A stretch of 64,000 nucleotides of DNA from positions 2,720,001 to 2,784,000 of the forward strand of contig OZ242008.1 of assembly GCA_965204735.1 (NCBI GenBank), written 5' to 3'. The translations under genes and the position numbers were made by a program. Origin of the DNA: Longimicrobiales bacterium (lineage in GTDB: Bacteria > Gemmatimonadota > Gemmatimonadetes > Longimicrobiales > Gaopeijiaceae). Positions 58,601 through 64,000 of this stretch are shown here, piece after piece; the stretch's first letter is position 1, and each line of letters begins with the position of its first letter. The notes under the pieces are model-generated. The model had not been told where the DNA came from. It made no database searches and saw only the letters and a program-made list of their open reading frames with translations.

Positions 58601-61600
58601 CGCGTACGACGCCTGCCGCGTCTGCGTGCCGATCCCCAGGGCCAGCTGCGGCGGGCCCGTCACCGTCACCGGGCGCGTGAACCCAACCTCGACCTCGATC
58701 CGCTCCGTCCGTCCGTAGATGCTGTCGCTCGACGGCTCGCTCGTGATCGTCACGCCGCTCACTGCCGCAGCCGTGAACGTGCCGCCCGCAACCTTGTGGC
58801 CCGTGCTGCGGATCACCGCGTGGCTGCCCAGCCCCAGCACCGCGTCCGTCGCCGTCCCCGACCGACGGATCGTACCACCGTTCAGCCGCAAGTCGGACGC
58901 GCCGATGCCCAACCCGTCCGCATCCGCGTCCGCAGCCACCACCACGTACCGGAACACCAGCGTGTCCGTCCCCGTCCCGCTCGCGTAGTCCGCCTGCTTC
59001 GAGCCGCTCGAGAACCGCAGCTGCAGCTGCGGCGTCCCCGTCACCGCCACCGCCTTGTTGAACGCGACCTTGACCTCGATCGTCTCGCCTCGCTCGAACG
59101 TGTCGCCCACATGAGGCGAACCGATCGACAACCCCGTCACGCCCGGCGGCCCCTGCGCGCCGTCCACCTTGTGCGACGCCGCGTTCGCGATCGCGCTGGA
59201 ACCCAAGCCCAGGCTCGCAGCCGTCGAACCGTCCCGCGCGTCGTTGATCGTGCCGCTGTTCAACGCCAACGCGCTCGCACCGACGCTGACACCGTCGCTG
59301 TCCGCATCCCCAGCCACCACCTCGTAGCTGAACGTCAGCGTCTTCGTCCCCGTCCCGCTCGCGTAGTCCGCCTGCCGCGTCGCAGCCCCCACCGTCAGCG
59401 CCACCTGCGGCAGGCCCGTCACGTTCACCGGCCGCACGAACGACACCTCGACCTCGATCTCCTCGCCCAGACCGTACGTGTCCCCGCTCGACGGAGCGCT
59501 CGAGATCGTCACGCCGCTCACCGACGACGCCGTGAACGTCCCGCCCGCTACCTTGTGCCCCGTGCTGTTCGATATCGCGTGCGTGCCCAGACCCAAAGTC
59601 GCGTCCAGCGTGCCGCCCGACAAACGGATCGTGCCGCTGTTCAGCGCCAGCGCGCTCGTCCCGATGCTCAACCCGTTCGCGTCCACATCCGCAGTCACCA
59701 CCGTGTACTGGAACACCAGCGACGTCGTGCCGCTGCCGCTCGCGTAGCTCGCCTGACGGGTCTGCGTACCGATCCCCAGCGCCAGCTGCGGCGTACCCGT
59801 CACCGCCACCGCACGGTTGAACGTCACCGTCGCCGCAATCGCGTCGCCACGCTCGAACGTGTCGCCCGTCGGAGGCGACCCGACGACCAAGCCGATCACG
59901 CCCGGCGGTCCCTGGTTGCCGTCCACCTTGTGCGCCGCGGCGTTCGCGATCGCGTAGCTCCCCAGGCCCAGGCCCGCCGCCATCGTCGCGTCACGAGCGT
60001 CCGAGATCGTGCCGCCGTTCAGCGCCAATGCGCTTGCGCCGATGCTGATCCCGTTCGCGTCCGCGTCCGCAGCCGCCACCGTGTAGCCGAACGTCAGCGT
60101 CGTCGTGCCTGTCCCGCTCGCATACGACGCCTGCCGTGTTTGCGAACCGATCGTCAGCGCCAGTTGCGGCGTGCCCGTCACTGCCACGCGCCGGTCGAAT
60201 GTCACCTCGACCTCGATCCGTTCCGTCCGGCCGTACGTGCTGTCGCTCGCCGGAGCGCTCGAGATCGTCACGCCGCTCGCCGACGCCGCCGTGAACGTCC
60301 CGCCCGCGACTCGGCGCGCGCCGTCGTTGCTGATCGCGTGATGCGCCAAGCTCAGCAGCGCGTCCGTCGTCCCGCCCGCCACGTCGATCGTGCCGCCGTT
60401 CAGCGCCAACGCGCTCGCGCCGATGCTCAACCCGTCGGCGTCCGTGTCCGCAGTCACCACCACGTACCGGAACACCAGCGCCGTCGTCCCCGTCCCCGAC
60501 GCGTAGCTCGCTTGCCGCGTCTGCGAACCGATCCCCAGCGCCAGCCGCGGCGTGCCCGTCACGTCCACCGCCTTGTTGAACGTCACCGTCGCCGCCACTG
60601 TGTCGCCCCGCTCGAACGTGGCGCCCACCAGCGGCGCAGCCACCGACAGCCCCACGACGCCCGGCGGCCCCAAGTTGCCGTTCACCCTGTGCGACGCCGC
60701 GTTCGACACTGCGTTCGCGCCCAGGCCCAGCGCAGCCGCCGCAGCGCCCGGACGCACGTCGTTGATGGCTCCGCCGTTCAGCGTCAAAGCGCTCGCCCCG
60801 ATGCTGATCCCGTCGGTGTCCGCGTCCGCCGGACGGACCGCGTAGCCGAACACCAGCGTGTCCGCCGTGCTGGAAGCGGCCACGTAGCTCGCCTGCCGCG
60901 TCTGCGTCCCGATCGTCAGCGCCAGACGCGGCACGCCCGTCACCGCCACCGGACGACCGAACGCCACCTTCACCTCGATCGACTCGCCCAGCTGGTACGT
61001 GCTCGCGCTCGCCGGCGTGCTCGACACCGTCACCGCGCTCACCGCCGGCGTCGTGAACGTCCCGCCCGCAACCTTGTGGCCCGTGCTGTTCACCACCGCG
61101 CTCCCGCCCAGCCCCAAAGTCGCGTCCAGGGTGCCGCCCGCAACCCGGATTGTGCCGCCGTTCAGCGCCAATGCGCTCGCGCCGATGCTCAGCCCGTCCG
61201 CGTCCGCGTCGCCGCTCGTCACCACGTACCGGAACACGAGCGTGTCCGTGCCCGTCCCGCTCGCGTAGCTCGCCTGCCGCGTCGCGCTCCCGATTCCCAG
61301 GGCCAGCCGCGGCGTGCCCGTCACGTCCACCGACCGGTTGAACACCAGTGACACCTCGATCGTCTCGCCCCGCTCGAATGTGTCGCCCACCGTCGGCGCA
61401 CTGATCGACAGCCCCGTCACACCCGGCGGTCCCCGGCTCCCGTCCACCTTGTGCGCAGCAGCGTTCGCGATCGCGTTTATCCCCAGTCCCAGGCTCGCCG
61501 CCGTCGTGCCGTCCCGCGCGTCGGCGATCGTACCGCCGTTCAGCGTCAACGCGCTCGCGCCGATGCCGATGCCCGTCGAGTCTGCGTCCGCCGCTGCCAC

Positions 61601-64000
61601 CGTGTAGCGGAACGCCAGCGTCGCCGTGCCCGTGCCGCTCGCGTACGCCGCCTGCCGCGTCTGCGCCCCGATCGTCAGCGCCAGCTGCGGCGGACCCGTC
61701 ACCGTCACCCTGCGGTTGAACGTCACCTCCACCTCGATCCGCTCCGTCCGACCGTACGTGCTGTCGCTCGCCGGAGCGCTCGTGATTGCAACCCCGCTCA
61801 CCGACGCCGCCGTGAAGGTGCCGCCCGCGACTTTGTGGCCCGCGCTGTTCGACACCGCGCTTGCGCCCAGACCCAGCAGCGCGTCCGTCGTACCACCCGC
61901 CACATCGATCGTCCCGCCGTTCAGTGCCAGCGCACTCGCGCCGATGCTGAGCCCGTCGGCGTCCGTGTCGCCGCTCGCCACCACGTAGCGGAAGACCAGC
62001 GACGCCGTGCCCGTACCGCTCGCGTAGCTCGCCTGCCGCGTCTGCGTCCCAATCGTCAGTGCCAGCTGCGGCGTGCCCGTCACGTCCACCGCCTTGTTGA
62101 ACGTCACCGTCGCCGCAACCGTGTCGCCCCGCTCGAAGGTGTCGCCCACCACGGGCGACGCGATCGACAGCGCGGTCACCCCCGGCGGCCCCTGCGCGCC
62201 GTCCACCTTGTGCGACGCCGCGTTCGCGATCGCGCTCGACCCCAGGCCCAGGCTCGCCGCCGTCGAGCCGTCGCGCGCGTCTACAATCGTCCCGCCGTTG
62301 AGCGCCAGCGCACTCGCGCCGATGCTCAACCCGTCGCTGTCGGCGTCGGACGCCGCCACCGTGTAGCTGAACGTCAGCGTCTTCGTGCCGGTGCCGGAGC
62401 CGTAGTCCGCCTGCACCGTGTCGGTCCCGACGCCCAGCGCCAGCTGCGGCGTCCCCGTCACGTTCACCGGCCGCACGAACGTCACCTCGACCTCGATCTC
62501 CTCGCCCAGACCGTACGTGTCTCCGCTCGACGGAGCGCTCGAGATCGTCACGCCGCTCACCGACGACGCCGTGAACGTCCCGCCCGCAACCTTGTGCCCC
62601 GTGCTGTTCGTCACCGCGTGCGTGCCCAGACCCAAAGTCGCGTCCAGCGTGCCGCCCGACAGCCGGATCGTGCCGCTGTTCAACGCCAGCGCGCTCGTCC
62701 CGATGCTCAACCCGTCCGCGTCCACATCCGCAGTCACCACCGTGTACTGGAACACCAGCGACGTCGTGCCGCTGCCGCTCGCGTAGCTCGCCTGACGGGT
62801 CTGCGTACCGATCCCCAGCGCCAGCTGCGGCGTCCCCGTCACCGCCACCGCACGGTTGAACGTCACCGTCGCCGCAATCACGTCGCCACGCTCGAACGTG
62901 TCGCCCGTCGGAGGCGACCCGACGACCAAGCCGATCACGCCCGGCGGTCCCTGGTTGCCGTCCACCTTGTGCGCCGCGGCGTTCGCGATCGCGTTTGACC
63001 CCAGGCCCAGGCCCGCCGCCATCGTCGCGTCACGAGCGTCCGAGATCGTCCCGCCGTTCAGCGCCAATGCGCTCGCGCCGATGCTGATCCCGTTCGCGTC
63101 CGCGTCCGCAGCCGCCACCGCGTAGCCGAACGTCAGCGTCGTCGTGCCCGTCCCGCTCGCATACGACGCCTGCCGCGTTTGCGAACCGATCGTCAGCGCG
63201 ACCTGCGGCGTCCCCGTCACCGCCACGCGCCGGTCGAACGTCACCTCGACCTCGATCCGCTCCGTCCGACCGTACGTGCTGTCGCTCGCCGGGCTGCTCG
63301 ATATCGTCACGCCGCTCGCCGACGCCGCCGTGAACGTCCCGCCCGCGACTCGGCGTGCGCCGTCGTTGCTGATCGCGTGATGCGCCAAGCTCAGCAAGGC
63401 GTCCGTCGTCCCACCCGCCACGTCGATCGTCCCACCGTTCAGCGCCAGCGCGCTCGCGCCAATGCTCAACCCGTCGGCGTCGGCGTCCGCCTGCACCACC
63501 ACGTACCGGAACACCAGCGCCGTCGTCCCCGTCCCCGACGCGTAGCCCGCTTGCCGCGTCTGCGAACCGATCCCCAGCGCCAGCTGCGGCGTGCCCGTCA
63601 CGTCCACCGCCTTGTTGAACGTCACCGTCGCCGCCACCGTGTCGCCCCGCTCGAACGTGGCGCCCACCAGCGGCGCAGCCACCGACAACCCCGCCACGCC
63701 CGGCGGCCCCAAGCTGCCGTTCACCTTGTGCGACGCGTCGTTCGTCACCGCGTTCGCGCCCAGGCCCAGCGCAGCCGCCGCAGCGCCCGGACGCACGTCG
63801 TTGATGGCTCCGCCGTTCAGCGTCAATGCGCTCGCGCCGATGCTGAGCCCGTCGGTGTCCGCGTCCGCCGGACGGACCGCGTAGCCGAACACCAGCGTGT
63901 CCGTCGTGCTGGAAGCGGCCACGTAGCTCGCCTGCCGGGTCTGCGTTCCGATCGTCAGCGCCAGACGCGGCGTGCCCGTCACCGCCACCGGACGACCGAA
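52607..64000 (-). CDS. Giant repetitive adhesin (>3790 aa; 5' end outside window): at least 23 Ig-like repeats, 5 cadherin domains, 1 further Ig/cadherin-like domain, autotransporter linker
   Basis: Repeated ~126-aa unit (VTFNxxVxVTGTPQLAL...YASGTGT..L.F.Y.V...DxDxDG...LNGGTI...HKVxG); cadherin motifs PxF...ExxEN, ATDxD, DVNE; GWTLWG barrel start. Confidence 0.92.
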   Translation of the reverse strand, partial: FGRPVAVTGTPRLALTIGTQTRQASYVAASSTTDTLVFGYAVRPADADTDGLSIGASALTLNGGAINDVRPGAAAAALGLGANAVTNDASHKVNGSLGPPGVAGLSVAAPLVGATFERGDTVAATVTFNKAVDVTGTPQLALGIGSQTRQAGYASGTGTTALVFRYVVVQADADADGLSIGASALALNGGTIDVAGGTTDALLSLAHHAISNDGARRVAGGTFTAASASGVTISSSPASDSTYGRTERIEVEVTFDRRVAVTGTPQVALTIGSQTRQASYASGTGTTTLTFGYAVAAADADANGISIGASALALNGGTISDARDATMAAGLGLGSNAIANAAAHKVDGNQGPPGVIGLVVGSPPTGDTFERGDVIAATVTFNRAVAVTGTPQLALGIGTQTRQASYASGSGTTSLVFQYTVVTADVDADGLSIGTSALALNSGTIRLSGGTLDATLGLGTHAVTNSTGHKVAGGTFTASSVSGVTISSAPSSGDTYGLGEEIEVEVTFVRPVNVTGTPQLALGVGTDTVQADYGSGTGTKTLTFSYTVAASDADSDGLSIGASALALNGGTIVDARDGSTAASLGLGSSAIANAASHKVDGAQGPPGVTALSIASPVVGDTFERGDTVAATVTFNKAVDVTGTPQLALTIGTQTRQASYASGTGTASLVFRYVVASGDTDADGLSIGASALALNGGTIDVAGGTTDALLGLGASAVSNSAGHKVAGGTFTAASVSGVAITSAPASDSTYGRTERIEVEVTFNRRVTVTGPPQLALTIGAQTRQAAYASGTGTATLAFRYTVAAADADSTGIGIGASALTLNGGTIADARDGTTAASLGLGINAIANAAAHKVDGSRGPPGVTGLSISAPTVGDTFERGETIEVSLVFNRSVDVTGTPRLALGIGSATRQASYASGTGTDTLVFRYVVTSGDADADGLSIGASALALNGGTIRVAGGTLDATLGLGGSAVVNSTGHKVAGGTFTTPAVSAVTVSSTPASASTYQLGESIEVKVAFGRPVAVTGVPRLALTIGTQTRQASYVAASSTADTLVFGYAVRPADADTDGISIGASALTLNGGAINDVRPGAAAAALGLGANAVSNAASHRVNGNLGPPGVVGLSVAAPLVGATFERGDTVAATVTFNKAVDVTGTPRLALGIGSQTRQASYASGTGTTALVFRYVVVTADTDADGLSIGASALALNGGTIDVAGGTTDALLSLAHHAISNDGARRVAGGTFTAASASGVTISSAPASDSTYGRTERIEVEVTFDRRVAVTGTPQLALTIGSQTRQASYASGTGTTTLTFGYTVAAADADANGISIGASALALNGGTISDARDATMAAGLGLGSYAIANAAAHKVDGNQGPPGVIGLVVGSPPTGDTFERGDAIAATVTFNRAVAVTGTPQLALGIGTQTRQASYASGSGTTSLVFQYTVVTADVDANGLSIGTSALALNSGTIRLSGGTLDATLGLGTHAISNSTGHKVAGGTFTASSVSGVTISSAPSSGDTYGLGEEIEVEVSFVRPVNVTGLPQVALTVGAATRQADYASGTGTKTLTFSYEVVAGDADSDGVSVGASALALNSGTINDARDGSTAASLGLGSSAIANAASHKVDGAQGPPGVTGLSIGSPHVGDTFERGETIEVKVAFNKAVAVTGTPQLQLRFSSGSKQADYASGTGTDTLVFRYVVVAADADADGLGIGASDLRLNGGTIRRSGTATDAVLGLGSHAVIRSTGHKVAGGTFTAAAVSGVTITSEPSSDSIYGRTERIEVEVGFTRPVTVTGPPQLALGIGTQTRQASYASGSGTTTLAFGYTVQAADADSDGLSIAASALALNGGTIADARDGTTAASLGLGSNAIANAAAHKVDGSRGPPGVTGLSISAPTVGDTFERGETIEVSLVFNRSVDVTGAPRLALGIGSAPRQASYASGTGTDTLVFRYVVASGDADADGLSIGASALALNGGTIKVAGGTLDATLGLGGSAVANSTGHKVAGGTFTTPAVSAVTVSSTPASASTYQLGESIEVKVAFGRPVAVTGAPRLALTIGTVTRQADYASATSKADTLVFGYAVRPADADTDGISIGTSALTLNGGAINDVRPGATAAALGLGANAVSNAASHKVNGSLGPPGVVGLSVASPPVGATFERGDTVVATVTFNKAVDVTGTPQLALSIGSQTRQAGYASGTGTTALVFRYVVVQADADTDGLSIGASALALNGGTIDVAGGTTDALLSLAHHAISNDGARRVAGGTFTAASVSEVSIQSSPAGGSTYGLSEQIEVEVTFNRNVTVTGAPQLALTIGSRTRQAAYVSVAAGKQLTFRYEVVAGDADANGLSVGASALGLNGGTIADARDGTTAASLGLGSHAISNDAAHRVDGNQGPPGVSGVTIASPPVGDTFERGDTVVATVTFNKAVDVTGTPQLALTIGTVTKQASYASGTGTASLVFRYVVVTADTDADGLSIGASALALDGGTIDVAGGTVDAVLGLGAHALTNSSGHKVAGGTFTAASVSGVSLTSSPAVATTYGRDEQIEVQVTFNRRVTVTGTPQVALTVGAQTRQADYASGTATHTLTFRYTVVQADADTDGISIGASALALNSGTIADARNGTTAAALGLGSHALSAAAGHKVAGTLAGASVTGVAVSSAPESGDTYGLGERIEVQVTFDRAVTVTGTPQLALTVGAATRQANYAAGSGTATLSFAYRVQGAGSGGSGAGGVDADADGVGVAAAALTLNGGTIVNTADGVRPAALALGSHAITAAANDKVDGTVEVAPVVVGLAVTSTPSASGLYGPRSVIRVAVTFSRPVEVAGAPQQAGMSAATAPVRLAIEIGAAVRHASYVSGSGTPVLVFEYVVQPADRDEDGISIAADALTAAGGTLRIAGGTTAAVLDLGSYAVENLEEHQVNGAGGTDPVFDRAEYEFELTEDEAGPVVVGTVSATDPFGGEVTYSLAAGDEGLFEVDARTGEVRYVGSGEDAEARSEFVMIVRATADDGERTGDATVTVRLVNLNDAPVFTAERYAFDMAENVAGPLALGVAEAVDLDDGDTLTYRLAAGDADRFEVDGATGAVRYVGTGEDYEGAGPKSWELEVTATDLAGASAKAVVAVALTNVNEGPAFADSAYAFDLAENVRGPLLLGAVRATDPDGGDWLSYALTAGDAERFKVNATSGAVQYVGAGEDAETGPGSWELEVTATDRGGLTARTRVVVTLEDRNEGPVFVDSSYEWELAEHVAGPVELGTVEATDVDAGDTLRYSLSGAGAALFDVGESSGVVRYVGAGEDAETGPEGWEFEVVATDRAGLAAVAKVRVVLLDVNEAPAFADSAYAFELAENVRGPRELGRVEATDPDRGDALTYSLAQGDAGRFEVDGASGQVRYVGAGEDYEDGPQEFALVVRVTDAGGLTAEAAVVVTLLDVNEGPEAVGSLSPPVLEVGGAPWEVGLGEYFRDPDGDALIYVVVSSSPDVAAASVSGVGRLSVAPREIGAAVVTVTATDAGGLTATQEASVTVAASRSDRARALKLTLAAFGRSLGTETVDAIGGRLGLESSGSLGRSHMQLGGRSLSCLAFGGGRGSGGMSSGTASSRAFEDGGAAAGQGGADQGHGESAHAGPDEGGPGLGGGVSGGRCGLESLVRDATGLLGLQITHPGAAGSGLGGIPGGTLDLAAILFGDGAAGMGGAPHGSFGMGGSYQGQREEDALPAERERGGVAFSPLTGRDLRSRSSFQLSFGGGSPDGQGAAVAEGDGADAGVPGASPAQTASQAGWTLWGQANVSEFEGRPEDDFAMDGRTRSATWAWTTASARAS
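55285..64000. repeat. Hierarchical intragenic repeat: ~380-bp domains alternating A/B within a 3039-bp super-repeat
   Basis: Equivalent positions recur at 57806, 60845 and 63884 (3039 bp apart). Confidence 0.93.

Overview
High-GC bacterial chromosomal window. The gene set (homodimeric glycine-tRNA ligase, CarB, PriA, Nth, TonB-receptor/lipoprotein clusters, 6-bladed beta-propeller lipoproteins, a giant cadherin-containing adhesin) resembles Gemmatimonadota, possibly host-associated; this assignment is inference only. The left part has two convergent ECF sigma/anti-sigma operons, one driving a MacAB-TolC-type exporter, followed by priA, a TonB receptor locus, tRNA-Ala(TGC), an HDAC-family gene and carB. 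Several accessory modules interrupt the housekeeping genes: (i) a Fic gene, a GPP34-cytochrome P450 fusion and an orphan HEPN gene; (ii) a DUF3696-type ABC/AAA ATPase plus a PIN-like gene coupled to glyQS; (iii) NurA-HerA; (iv) a visibly lower-GC three-gene operon encoding a ParB/Srx-like protein, a PD-(D/E)XK-like nuclease and a Dam-type methylase, bounded by a 39-bp imperfect direct repeat and a (TTAGG)n tract. Module (iv) is the best candidate for an undescribed defence system. The last 12.5 kb is a giant adhesin with hierarchical repeats (3039-bp super-repeat) and cadherin domains, separated from its autotransporter barrel by a 1-nt frameshift. Short tandem duplications at gene ends and in linkers are common, and one of them duplicates an anti-sigma start codon. 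All family calls are from motif recognition by eye; no searches were run.
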